Shown here piece after piece: positions 21,228-30,627 of a stretch of DNA of 64,000 nt. Every line of letters begins with the position of its first letter. The stretch's first letter is position 1. The position numbers and the translations under genes are program-made. Under the pieces are notes generated by a model. It was given only the letters and a program-made list of their open reading frames with translations. It had not been told where the DNA came from and did no database searches. Source of the DNA: a phage; the sequence record PZ452578.1. One strand, 5' to 3'.

Positions 21228-22322
21228 ATGGCAATTGTTAAAGAAATAACTGCTGATTTAATTAAAAAATCCGGTGAGAAAATTTCAGCCGGGCAGAGTA
21301 CTAAATCAGAAGTAGGAACTAAAACATACACAGCCCAGTTTCCAACTGGGCGTGCTAGTGGTAATGACACTACAGGGGACTTCCAGGTAACAGATCTATA
21401 TAAGAATGGATTATTATTTACTGCATACAATATGTCATCTAGGGATTCTGGAAGTCTTAGATCGATGAGATCTAACTACTCTTCTTCATCTTCGAGTATT
21501 TTACGTACAGCCAGAAACACTATTAGTAGTACAGTATCAAAACTATCAAATGGATTAATATCAAATAATAATTCAGGAACAATAAGTAAAGCTCCTATCG
21601 CAAACATTCTTTTACCGAGATCTAAATCTGATGTTGATACATCATCACATAGATTTAATGATGTTCAAGAAAGCCTTATCAGTAGAGGCGGAGGTACTGC
21701 TACTGGTGTGCTAAGTAATATTGCTTCAACCGCAGTATTTGGGGCGCTGGAAAGTATAACACAAGGTATAATGGCTGATAATAATGAACAGATTTATACG
21801 ACAGCCAGAAGTATGTATGGTGGTGCTGAAAATAGAACTAAAGTGTTTACATGGGATTTGACTCCACGTTCAACAGAAGATTTAATGGCTATTATTAATA
21901 TCTATCAATATTTTAACTATTTTTCTTATGGTGAAACGGGTAAATCTCAATATGCTGCTGAAATAAAGGGGTATTTAGATGATTGGTATCGTTCTACGTT
22001 AATTGAACCTTTATCTCCGGAAGACGCAGCTAAAAATAAAACACTATTTGAGAAAATGACATCGAGTTTAACTAACGTTCTAGTAGTTTCAAACCCGACA
22101 GTTTGGATGGTGAAAAACTTTGGTGCAACATCTAAGTTTGATGGAAAAACGGAAATATTTGGTCCATGCCAAATACAGAGCATTAGATTTGATAAAACAC
22201 CTAATGGTAACTTTAACGGATTAGCTATTGCTCCAAACCTCCCTAGTACATTTACTCTCGAGATTACTATGAGAGAAATTATCACGTTAAACCGTGCTTC
22301 TTTATATGCGGGGACTTTTTAA
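21228..22322 (+). CDS. 48: Baseplate tail tube cap gp48
   Basis: 364 aa, T4 gp48 length. Confidence 0.9.
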   Translation: MAIVKEITADLIKKSGEKISAGQSTKSEVGTKTYTAQFPTGRASGNDTTGDFQVTDLYKNGLLFTAYNMSSRDSGSLRSMRSNYSSSSSSILRTARNTISSTVSKLSNGLISNNNSGTISKAPIANILLPRSKSDVDTSSHRFNDVQESLISRGGGTATGVLSNIASTAVFGALESITQGIMADNNEQIYTTARSMYGGAENRTKVFTWDLTPRSTEDLMAIINIYQYFNYFSYGETGKSQYAAEIKGYLDDWYRSTLIEPLSPEDAAKNKTLFEKMTSSLTNVLVVSNPTVWMVKNFGATSKFDGKTEIFGPCQIQSIRFDKTPNGNFNGLAIAPNLPSTFTLEITMREIITLNRASLYAGTF

Positions 22323-23287
22323 TGTATTCTTTAGAGGAATTTAATAATCAAGCAATAAACGCAGATTTCCAACGTAATAATATGTTTAGCTGCGTTTTTG
22401 CAACAACTCCATCAACTAAAAGCTCTTCGTTGATAAGTTCAATTAGCAACTTTTCTTATAATAACTTGGGCCTAAATTCAGATTGGCTAGGATTAACTCA
22501 AGGTGATATTAATCAGGGAATTACCACGCTAATTACAGCTGGCACACAAAAACTGATAAGAAAATCAGGGGTTAGTAAATATCTTATTGGTGCCATGAGT
22601 CAACGTACAGTTCAAAGTTTATTAGGCTCATTTACAGTTGGTACATATTTAATTGACTTCTTTAACATGGCATATAACTCATCTGGATTGATGATATATT
22701 CTGTAAAAATGCCAGAGAATAGATTATCCTATGAAACTGACTGGAACTATAATTCTCCTAATATTCGTATAACTGGAAGAGAATTAGACCCTTTGGTTAT
22801 TTCATTTAGAATGGATTCAGAAGCATGTAACTATCGTGCAATGCAAGACTGGGTTAACGCTGTTCAAGACCCAGTAACTGGATTACGTGCTTTGCCACAA
22901 GATGTCGAGGCAGATATTCAGGTTAATCTTCATTCTCGTAATGGATTGCCTCATACTGCGGTGATGTTCACCGGATGCATTCCAGTGTCAGTGAGCGCTC
23001 CTGAGTTATCATATGATGGAGATAACCAAATAACTACATTTGATGTTACTTTTGCGTACAGAGTGATGCAGGCTGGAGCAGTTGATAGGCAAGCTGCGCT
23101 TGAATGGCTTGAATCTGCTGCTATAAATGGTATTCAAAGCGTTCTCGGAAATAGTGGAGGTGTTACTGGACTATCTAATTCGCTTTCACGACTTAGTAGA
23201 TTAGGAGGAACTGCAGGAAGCATTTCAAACATTAATACTATGACAGGAATTGTCAATTCGCAAAGTAAAATATTAGGAGCAATATAA
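22322..23287 (+). CDS. 54: Baseplate tail tube initiator gp54
   Basis: 321 aa, T4 gp54 length; ATGA coupling with 48. Confidence 0.9.
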   Translation: MYSLEEFNNQAINADFQRNNMFSCVFATTPSTKSSSLISSISNFSYNNLGLNSDWLGLTQGDINQGITTLITAGTQKLIRKSGVSKYLIGAMSQRTVQSLLGSFTVGTYLIDFFNMAYNSSGLMIYSVKMPENRLSYETDWNYNSPNIRITGRELDPLVISFRMDSEACNYRAMQDWVNAVQDPVTGLRALPQDVEADIQVNLHSRNGLPHTAVMFTGCIPVSVSAPELSYDGDNQITTFDVTFAYRVMQAGAVDRQAALEWLESAAINGIQSVLGNSGGVTGLSNSLSRLSRLGGTAGSISNINTMTGIVNSQSKILGAI

Positions 23288-23291
23288 CAAT

Positions 23292-23320
23292 GGGGACCTT
23301 TCGGTCCCCATATTTTTATT
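23292..23320. terminator. Bidirectional terminator between gene 54 (+) and the 96 aa minus-strand ORF
   Basis: GGGGACC-TTTC-GGTCCCC hairpin with T-rich flank. Confidence 0.8.
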
Positions 23321-23606
23321 TACGGAATGAAATGAAAGCAGAAACTGAAGCAACTAAACTGTCTTCAATATAAACTTCAATTTTTACCGGAGCTTCTGAC
23401 TCAAATTTACCTGTTACTACACCCTGAAAAATACTTTCAGTTTGTTCTGGCTTTGAAAAATTTTCAGAAGGAAAAATTCCGAACTTTTTATCTGTTCCAA
23501 AAATTTTAATAAATTCATCGTAAACTGCTTCATTAAAAGCATTATCAGCAGGAATAACGCCTTCAACTACAAGTTCTTGACCTAAAAAGCGCAAAGAAGA
23601 TTTCAT
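23316..23606 (-). CDS. Hypothetical early protein
   Basis: 96 aa ORF with a GAGGAA RBS, directly downstream of an early promoter. Confidence 0.75.
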   Translation of the reverse strand: MKSSLRFLGQELVVEGVIPADNAFNEAVYDEFIKIFGTDKKFGIFPSENFSKPEQTESIFQGVVTGKFESEAPVKIEVYIEDSLVASVSAFISFRK

Positions 23607-23635
23607 TTTGTGTTCCTCATGTTATGTCAGTAAGA

Positions 23636-23667
23636 CTACTATAACACAACATAAGGGACTTGTAAAC
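23636..23667 (-). promoter_or_regulatory. Sigma70-like early promoter (-35 TTTACA, 17 bp spacer, -10 TATAGT)
   Basis: Read on the minus strand as GTTTACA...TATAGT; promoter plus leader nearly identical to the copy at 39134-39191. Confidence 0.7.
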
Positions 23668-25724
23668 TACATTTTGAACTTTTTAGACATTCCGTTGATG
23701 TTAACCAAAGAAGCCAAGATTTGAGAAACTTCGTTTTCCTCTTCTTTTGATTCTTCTACAAGAAATTGATTAAATCCAGCCATTGGACGAACTTCACCAG
23801 TTTCCATTAAATGGTCGCCATCATATACCGATTCCTCTAATTGTTCAGAAGGAGGAACGATTGTACCTTCGATTAGATACTTGTTATAAGCAGTTTCTTT
23901 CATAAAGTACGTACTTACTTTATTAATCTTCAGTAAAATTCCACGCGGTAGAATAACTTCAGCTTCTGATGGAAATCCTGATAAATGACCTGGAACGATA
24001 ACTTTGATTCGCTCAGCTCCTTTAATTACCATACCCACGCTAGTTTCAGCATCTTCATTAGCATATGTAGAATGACTACCCATATGCATCAAATCTTCTG
24101 CGTCAACTGAACCTTCTCCTTCACCAGAAAATACTGCGCCGGAATCATCTAGAGCCATATAGTTTTTACCATGCTCACCGAAGATATTTGGTTTAAGAGA
24201 TGTGGATACGAAGTTCTTGAAATAGAACATTTTGTTTTCAATGTTATGACGCAAAGTTTTAAAGGTAACTTCTTGTCCGCGATAAAGCGTAGTTCCTGGA
24301 GGAAGAACTGAACCTTTAGCGAATGCAGAATCCAACGTCTCGATGTTCTTAATAGCTCGTTCCATATATTCTTCACGGGTAGAATCTGGTTTACCCAAAA
24401 GGAACGAGTTCATTTCAACATATGAATCTGCACAATAATCTTCAATTACATCAGATTCGGCCTGAGTCAGTCCTTTTGGAGTTACTTCAGTGCTTGCGTA
24501 TTCATATGCCTGGGCAGCAGATTCATTAATCAATTTATAAATGCCATTCATTACAAATTGAATAATAGCTGTCTTTTCATCTGGCGTAGCTTTAGAACCT
24601 TTAACCAAATCATTGATAATTTTCTTAATAACATCAAAGCTATTAGAAATATTAATATCAGCAAGATCGCTTAAAATTTTATCAGTTTTATAATCAAAGA
24701 ATTCTTTATTCTTTAAATATTCTTGAGAACCTTGATATGTTATATCGCTCTGCAACTTGATAGATGGATCACGTAAACGTGCATGGGCCAATGCAATATG
24801 ATTTCGGAAGTTTTCTAGTTCATAATCGCTAGATTTAAAACGAGAAGCACTCCTCATACCACCGATAGCTCCTTTGCTAAAGTTTGAACCAATCTGGATA
24901 ACCCCGGAGTTCATCGGACCTTCTGCTTTATATACCGGAACTTTAGATTCAAACTCTTGATATTTCTTAGCAGCGAAGCTATCACCCTGAAGTGAAGCAT
25001 CAACAGTAGAATATTGAGCTTGTGCTGCTAATCGACGACTAATTTTAGTTTTCTGAATAACAGCTTGGTCAGTACGTTTATCATTTTCTAAAGCAATAGA
25101 AGCAGCAACAGCAACAGCTTTAGGAACAGCATTACCTGTTTTAACATCTACATAAACATCACCAACCTTTGATTCAACTTTTGTGAATAACTCAGTTGAA
25201 ATAGGAGGTACACCTGGAATGTCTTCTAAATTGGCATTTTTACGGTAAACCATAATATATGCATACTTTTTATCATAGTCCCAGATTTCCTTTAAAAGAA
25301 CATATCGACCTGCTCCTTTAGTACGTACTAAACGGTCAGCAATAACTTGCATTTGACGAGCTGCGCCATTTGTTTTACTTTTTAGTACGCGGAATAAGCA
25401 TGCGTCAATTTTATACTGCTTCATTGTTTGAAGAGCAGTATCAAAAACAGCGTTAATGACGCCAATTGGATTTCCACCCAAGTTTCTAAGCTTAACCAGC
25501 GATAATTTCTCGTTGACACCTATCATTACGATATGCATCATTTTATCGCCTGGCTTAACGTTTTTATTCGTATCACCGCCAGAGGTGTATGTACAAAATC
25601 TAAATCCAGGAAGCACGCTTTCTTCGCCGGCTTGAATAGCAAAAATTTGTGGTATTTTATGCTTAGGATTTAAGTTAACAACCGGCGCCGAAGCGCCGTC
25701 AAATAATTCTGTAATAAGTTCCAT
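23667..25724 (-). CDS. Alt-family ADP-ribosyltransferase, downstream copy
   Basis: 685 aa; N-terminal 230 aa closely matches the adjacent 698 aa paralog; C-terminal half has R (LYRGQ), STS (FVSTSL) and catalytic E (SEAEVILPRG) motifs of R-S-E ARTs. Confidence 0.85.
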   Translation of the reverse strand: MELITELFDGASAPVVNLNPKHKIPQIFAIQAGEESVLPGFRFCTYTSGGDTNKNVKPGDKMMHIVMIGVNEKLSLVKLRNLGGNPIGVINAVFDTALQTMKQYKIDACLFRVLKSKTNGAARQMQVIADRLVRTKGAGRYVLLKEIWDYDKKYAYIMVYRKNANLEDIPGVPPISTELFTKVESKVGDVYVDVKTGNAVPKAVAVAASIALENDKRTDQAVIQKTKISRRLAAQAQYSTVDASLQGDSFAAKKYQEFESKVPVYKAEGPMNSGVIQIGSNFSKGAIGGMRSASRFKSSDYELENFRNHIALAHARLRDPSIKLQSDITYQGSQEYLKNKEFFDYKTDKILSDLADINISNSFDVIKKIINDLVKGSKATPDEKTAIIQFVMNGIYKLINESAAQAYEYASTEVTPKGLTQAESDVIEDYCADSYVEMNSFLLGKPDSTREEYMERAIKNIETLDSAFAKGSVLPPGTTLYRGQEVTFKTLRHNIENKMFYFKNFVSTSLKPNIFGEHGKNYMALDDSGAVFSGEGEGSVDAEDLMHMGSHSTYANEDAETSVGMVIKGAERIKVIVPGHLSGFPSEAEVILPRGILLKINKVSTYFMKETAYNKYLIEGTIVPPSEQLEESVYDGDHLMETGEVRPMAGFNQFLVEESKEEENEVSQILASLVNINGMSKKFKM

Positions 25725-25727
25725 GAT

Positions 25728-27824
25728 TTATCCTTGAACGAACTTGTAAGGTATGTTTGTAATATCTATGCAAGACGCAATAATTCCAAGAGATGATTCT
25801 ACTTTCTGTTTAACATTTGATGAAACAAATGATGCAAAGTCAACTCTGCCTTCTATTTCAATATCACCTGTCATTGCAACTACTTCGCCGGTTTCCATTA
25901 AACGGTCACCGTCATAAATTACCGATTCGGTGAGTTCTTCGGTGGTCATAACTTCAGCTTGAATGAGTTTTGTATTATTAGACGTGGTTCCGTCATTATT
26001 AGAAGCATCAGTTATTTTATTAACTTTGACCATCAATCCGCGCGGCAGAATAACTTCGGCTTCTGTTGCTATTCCGAGACTTCCTGGATATACAACATTA
26101 ACTTTATGAGCTCCATCAATTGCCCATCCTATTTGAACTTTAACGTATTCAGGATTTTCTTTATACGCTCTTATTTCGTTTGGATTAATAGTTATTCCTT
26201 CTTCATTTTTATCAACTGTTAATTCATTGCGAGCTTCTGGTTCTAAAAGACCAATACCAGCATGTGTAATTCCAAAACGTCCAAAAATGATAGGAGTTAA
26301 AGAAGTAGATACAAAATTTCTGAAATAGAACACTTTATTTTTAACTAGTGCTTCGTATATAGGAGCAGTCATACTTTGAGCACGATAAACTGTAATGCCT
26401 TCCGGTATGCGGTCACCATTTTCAAAAGCTGAATCTAAATTATTTATAGCAGATTCAATTTCTTTTTCACTCATTACATCATATCGTTCTGGATTGTAAC
26501 GACCTAAAAGAAGATTATTAATGTCTGTATATCCTGAACCACAATATTCTCTAATGCCGCGCTTTTGTGATGGAGTATATTTAGAACCATCACGGGCAAT
26601 AGTAATATCAATCATTGGACCTGCACCAATTCCAGAAAAGCTATAAATCATTCGTTTGAGGAATTTAGTTTTTGCTGCATTCCAGGCATTTTTAGTTATT
26701 TCTCCCCAGACTTCATCTGGTTGCCCTTTACGAGTTTTATTATGTTTATCAAGCCAATTATCTTTATATTCTTCAAAGAATTTATTAACAGCTGCTGCGT
26801 ATTTCTCTAAACATTTTATTGAAGTAGTTGGCTCATTTTTTATCGCATTGAGAATTACATCTTTAATTTTTTCAGAAACTTCATCAACCTCACTTTTTGA
26901 AAAGAATTTATAGTCATAGTGAAGTTCATTCGCAGTTCCTTCGGCAATAATTTTTGCTGCCTTAGTTTTAGAAGCTAATGAATTAATTCCAAGCTTCATT
27001 TCTTCTGCTTCGGGAATTAAAGGAGCGGTAGCAGGTTTATTGAAATTAGCTGCGGTAGATTCATACTTCTGGAATAATTCACTTTCAAATCTAGAAGATT
27101 CCAATGATTGACTTTGCGCAATTGCTCTACGGGAAATTTTAACTTTAACGATTACAGCTTGGTCAGAACGTTTATCATTTTCTTGCGCAATAGATGCTGC
27201 AATTGCCTCATTTTTAGTTACTTGGGCTCCAGTATCTTTATTGATATAAACATCACCGACCTTCGATTCAACTTTAGTAAAGAGCTCGGTACTAATTTCC
27301 GGAACTCCTGGAATGTCTTCTAGTGATACATTTTTACGATGTATAAGAATATATGCATACTTTTTATCATAATCCCAGAGTTCCTTAAGAAGGACGTATC
27401 TGCCACCTGAACGACTACGGATAAGTCTATCAGCAATAACTTGAATTTGTCGAGCTTGGCCAGCAGTTTTAGACTTAAGAATACGAAGCATACAAGCATC
27501 AATTTTATACTGACGCATCGTTTGCATTGCAACAGTAAAAACTGAATTGATATAATTAATTGGGCTTGGACCAAGACCTTTTAATTTAGCAATTGAACCT
27601 TTAGCAGTTAATGTAAAAGGAACAATATGCATCATTTTATCGCCCATCTTTAAATCGCGATTAGTATCACCTCCAGATGTATAGGTACATAAACGAAAGC
27701 CTGGTTGTTCAATTGCATCATCAACATGAACTGAAAAAATTTGCGGTATTTTCTTCTTTGGATTTAAGTTTGTAATCGGAAGAGTAGTATCTTCGTCAAA
27801 TAATTCTGTAATAAGTTCCATCAT
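25728..27824 (-). CDS. alt: Alt ADP-ribosyltransferase, upstream copy
   Basis: 698 aa; N-terminus MMELITELFDEDTTLPITNLNPKK; motifs VYRAQ, FVSTSL, TEAEVILPRG; 3 nt from the downstream paralog. Confidence 0.88.
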   Translation of the reverse strand: MMELITELFDEDTTLPITNLNPKKKIPQIFSVHVDDAIEQPGFRLCTYTSGGDTNRDLKMGDKMMHIVPFTLTAKGSIAKLKGLGPSPINYINSVFTVAMQTMRQYKIDACMLRILKSKTAGQARQIQVIADRLIRSRSGGRYVLLKELWDYDKKYAYILIHRKNVSLEDIPGVPEISTELFTKVESKVGDVYINKDTGAQVTKNEAIAASIAQENDKRSDQAVIVKVKISRRAIAQSQSLESSRFESELFQKYESTAANFNKPATAPLIPEAEEMKLGINSLASKTKAAKIIAEGTANELHYDYKFFSKSEVDEVSEKIKDVILNAIKNEPTTSIKCLEKYAAAVNKFFEEYKDNWLDKHNKTRKGQPDEVWGEITKNAWNAAKTKFLKRMIYSFSGIGAGPMIDITIARDGSKYTPSQKRGIREYCGSGYTDINNLLLGRYNPERYDVMSEKEIESAINNLDSAFENGDRIPEGITVYRAQSMTAPIYEALVKNKVFYFRNFVSTSLTPIIFGRFGITHAGIGLLEPEARNELTVDKNEEGITINPNEIRAYKENPEYVKVQIGWAIDGAHKVNVVYPGSLGIATEAEVILPRGLMVKVNKITDASNNDGTTSNNTKLIQAEVMTTEELTESVIYDGDRLMETGEVVAMTGDIEIEGRVDFASFVSSNVKQKVESSLGIIASCIDITNIPYKFVQG

Positions 27825-27845
27825 AGCCTCTCTAGTGTTTATTCT

Positions 27846-27853
27846 ATTTATAA
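27846..27853 (-). promoter_or_regulatory. T4-type late promoter TATAAATA upstream of alt
   Basis: Minus strand reads TTTTATAAATAGAATAAACACTAGAGAGGCT ATG; sits just after a terminator hairpin. Confidence 0.6.
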
Positions 27854-27858
27854 AATTA

Positions 27859-27878
27859 AAGGCCCGAAGGCCTTTAAT
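27859..27878 (-). terminator. Terminator hairpin after the 62 aa ORF / gene 30 operon
   Basis: AAAGGCC-CGAA-GGCCTTT palindromic hairpin directly 3' of the stop at 27874, followed by T-rich sequence. Confidence 0.7.
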
Positions 27879-28062
27879 AATCTAGTGGTAAGAGAGTACG
27901 GTATATTTCAAACTTTGGACCTTTTTCATAGGCATCAAATGTTTCTGTGAATTTATTATAAGCATATGCATCTACAAATTCGAGAATGACTTGTGATACA
28001 GAAGTAGAAACATCTCCACCTTCTTTTTGAGCAATGACAATTGTTTCTAAGTAAGCTTTCAT
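27874..28062 (-). CDS. Hypothetical protein
   Basis: 62 aa ORF whose start overlaps the gene 30 stop. Confidence 0.65.
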   Translation of the reverse strand: MKAYLETIVIAQKEGGDVSTSVSQVILEFVDAYAYNKFTETFDAYEKGPKFEIYRTLLPLDY

Positions 28063-29522
28063 AAACCAGTTACCTCATGAAAATCACCAAATACATCCTC
28101 GAATGTATTAGCTTTAGTTTTATCTTCACGTAAACGAATCGCAATCGGAAGAAATAATTTAACGTAATCAGTGCGGCCATCAGATTTTAACCAACCGTTG
28201 CATTCGCACTCTAGAATTTTTCCAATATAATAATTTTGGTTTTCCATAATGCGAGTACGGTCAAGTTCATGCGATTTTACACCGGCTTTATCTTTTAAGC
28301 CTGAACCAGCATTTACCTTAATTTTTCCACACTCTGATTCAAGAATAAATCCACCCGCTTTAGTAGGGTCTTTACGGTGAGGATAAATTCCTACAATTTT
28401 TAAATCAACATCAATTACTTCTTTAAATTTATAGAGATTTTTTGAACGAGCATTTTCCCACAATCCATCGGTATTTTTGAGAATAATACCTTCAAGACCT
28501 TGGTCAATATACTTTTTATAAATTACCTTAGCTTCATCTAGGTTATTTACTACCTGGTTTTCAATTAAAATTACTTTATCATAACCTGATGTCATTTGTT
28601 CTAGTTTAGAAAAACGTACATCATATTTCAAACGAAATGCAGGAAGACCGTATATTTCTACCAACGGGACATAATCCCAGACCTGAAACTTCATGCATTG
28701 AGCTTCTTTTTCAGAAATGGTTCCCTTTAAAGATTTATTGGCGATGCCATTAGATGCAGTACGTGATTCAGCTACTTCGGCGAATTCTTTAGCTTTACTA
28801 ATTTCAGGATAAGCATCAAAAAGAAAATCTAGTCCTTCTGGTTCCTTTTCAACTTGCTCATGGTATACCAATTCGCCATCAATTAACACACCTTCTGGAT
28901 GAATCTGGCGGGCTTCAGCGGTCATTTTAATTAACTCTTCCTTAAGAAGATCTAATCCTAGATATTCATTACCAGCTCGTGATAAAAGACGAACATCATC
29001 TAATTCATCACCTCTAACTTCAGCAAAACACCGAGCTCCATCAGCTTTTAACTGGGCAAAGGCTGGAAATTTGATATTCTTATTAATGCCTTTTTCATCA
29101 TAAGAACTTGCAAGCATTTGAGGTTGTTCAGGAATTAAACCTGGCCAAACTTTGTTCGCAATAGATACTGAAGCACCGCATTCAAGGTCTCGCATCATCA
29201 CCCGACGCAAAACTTCAACATCATCTTTTTTACCGTCAGTAATATATCCAGTTAATTCCTCAATTGCCGCATTTCCAGTCAATTTCCGAGTAGCTAACGT
29301 GAATTCAATGAAGTCGAGCATATCGGTAAGAGTCAACATTCCAAAACTCTGGGTAGCAATACCCGGTTTAGGCCATTTCTTGATATAATACTGTAACCCA
29401 CGAGAATAAGTCAGACGATATACTCGTTTAAGCAATTCATTATCTTTATTCTTTTCAAGAATTGCTTGCTTCTGCTTAGTTGAACCAATAGATGCTATTT
29501 CGTTCAGAATTTTAAGAATCAT
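28059..29522 (-). CDS. 30: ATP-dependent DNA ligase gp30
   Basis: 487 aa, T4 DNA ligase length; active-site KADGAR motif present. Confidence 0.95.
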   Translation of the reverse strand: MILKILNEIASIGSTKQKQAILEKNKDNELLKRVYRLTYSRGLQYYIKKWPKPGIATQSFGMLTLTDMLDFIEFTLATRKLTGNAAIEELTGYITDGKKDDVEVLRRVMMRDLECGASVSIANKVWPGLIPEQPQMLASSYDEKGINKNIKFPAFAQLKADGARCFAEVRGDELDDVRLLSRAGNEYLGLDLLKEELIKMTAEARQIHPEGVLIDGELVYHEQVEKEPEGLDFLFDAYPEISKAKEFAEVAESRTASNGIANKSLKGTISEKEAQCMKFQVWDYVPLVEIYGLPAFRLKYDVRFSKLEQMTSGYDKVILIENQVVNNLDEAKVIYKKYIDQGLEGIILKNTDGLWENARSKNLYKFKEVIDVDLKIVGIYPHRKDPTKAGGFILESECGKIKVNAGSGLKDKAGVKSHELDRTRIMENQNYYIGKILECECNGWLKSDGRTDYVKLFLPIAIRLREDKTKANTFEDVFGDFHEVTGL

Positions 29523-29788
29523 TGTTCATCCTTTAGAGTTTGGTTTACAGCTCTATTATAAATCAATTCATCATTAAGCTCAGTCAAAGACCTGTGGTAC
29601 GTGGTTCTAACTTTATTTCCTTGCATCCAGTGCTTGACGTAAATGAAACCTTGCTCTACACATTTTTTAAAAATTCGTTCGTCTTTTTGAGCTCGGAATT
29701 CTGGATTGCATCTAAAAAATTGATTTACGTGACCGTAATCACGTGTAGTATTACCTTCATTTTCATAAATAGTATGAACAACAAACAT
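29519..29788 (-). CDS. Hypothetical protein (T4 30.1 position)
   Basis: 89 aa ORF overlapping the gene 30 start. Confidence 0.7.
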   Translation of the reverse strand: MFVVHTIYENEGNTTRDYGHVNQFFRCNPEFRAQKDERIFKKCVEQGFIYVKHWMQGNKVRTTYHRSLTELNDELIYNRAVNQTLKDEQ

Positions 29789-30627
29789 TAGAATGCTCCT
29801 TGGAAAATATTATCACCACTAGTAGGTCTATTATACAAATACTCTATGCCACCAGGTTTAATATAGTTCCATGTCTGAAACGGATGTGTCTGATATGGAT
29901 GATATAGATGATTATAAGGATTAAATCCAGGAGTTCTCCAGGTAGTGTTCCAAGGAAAAGAATCGTTTTTGATCATCTTCTCAATTACATCTTTTATAAC
30001 TTTTTCACTATCAAAACTTTCTTTATTTTCCTTCGATGGAAAAAGCTTATTCTCTACATCATTCCATGTATAAACTCGCTGTGCAGTTTTTGGAATACTG
30101 TCACGCTCCCCTCGAGCCATCCAATAAACAGGAACATTTAATATTTCACTCGCGTGATCGCAGTGGTGAGCGAGATCGTCAATATAACAAATTACGTTAT
30201 ATTTCTCTTTTGCCTTTTTGAACAACTCTTCTTTTGAAGAATCATGACCACACATCAATACTTCTGAGAAGGCACCAGGAAAAAGAGCATTCAAATTAAA
30301 TTGACGATTCAGCAGAGCGTCAATAGAATCACCCAATGCTGTAAGAGCTACAAAATTATAATCTTCTTTTAATTTGTTAATTACACACAGGGCATCTTTA
30401 TATGGAGACAAGTAACGAATAAAATCTGAACGATTGTATTTTTCAATTAACTTGACGCCAAGTTCTTCATCACAATTAAAGAGTTTACCAGGAGAAATAA
30501 ATTTCTCATCTTGGATCATTTTTAAAATATGTTCTAACGGAAGATTATATTTCTGAGCAAAATAAGGAAGGCCTGATTGCCAGCTTAAACATACTCCATC
30601 AATATCAGTTAAAATAGTAGGCTTCAT
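29788..30627 (-). CDS. Putative HAD-superfamily hydrolase (T4 30.2 position)
   Basis: 279 aa; N-terminal ILTDIDGV fits HAD motif I (DxDx[TV]); later CYIDD could be the acidic motif IV. Confidence 0.65.
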   Translation of the reverse strand: MKPTILTDIDGVCLSWQSGLPYFAQKYNLPLEHILKMIQDEKFISPGKLFNCDEELGVKLIEKYNRSDFIRYLSPYKDALCVINKLKEDYNFVALTALGDSIDALLNRQFNLNALFPGAFSEVLMCGHDSSKEELFKKAKEKYNVICYIDDLAHHCDHASEILNVPVYWMARGERDSIPKTAQRVYTWNDVENKLFPSKENKESFDSEKVIKDVIEKMIKNDSFPWNTTWRTPGFNPYNHLYHPYQTHPFQTWNYIKPGGIEYLYNRPTSGDNIFQGAF

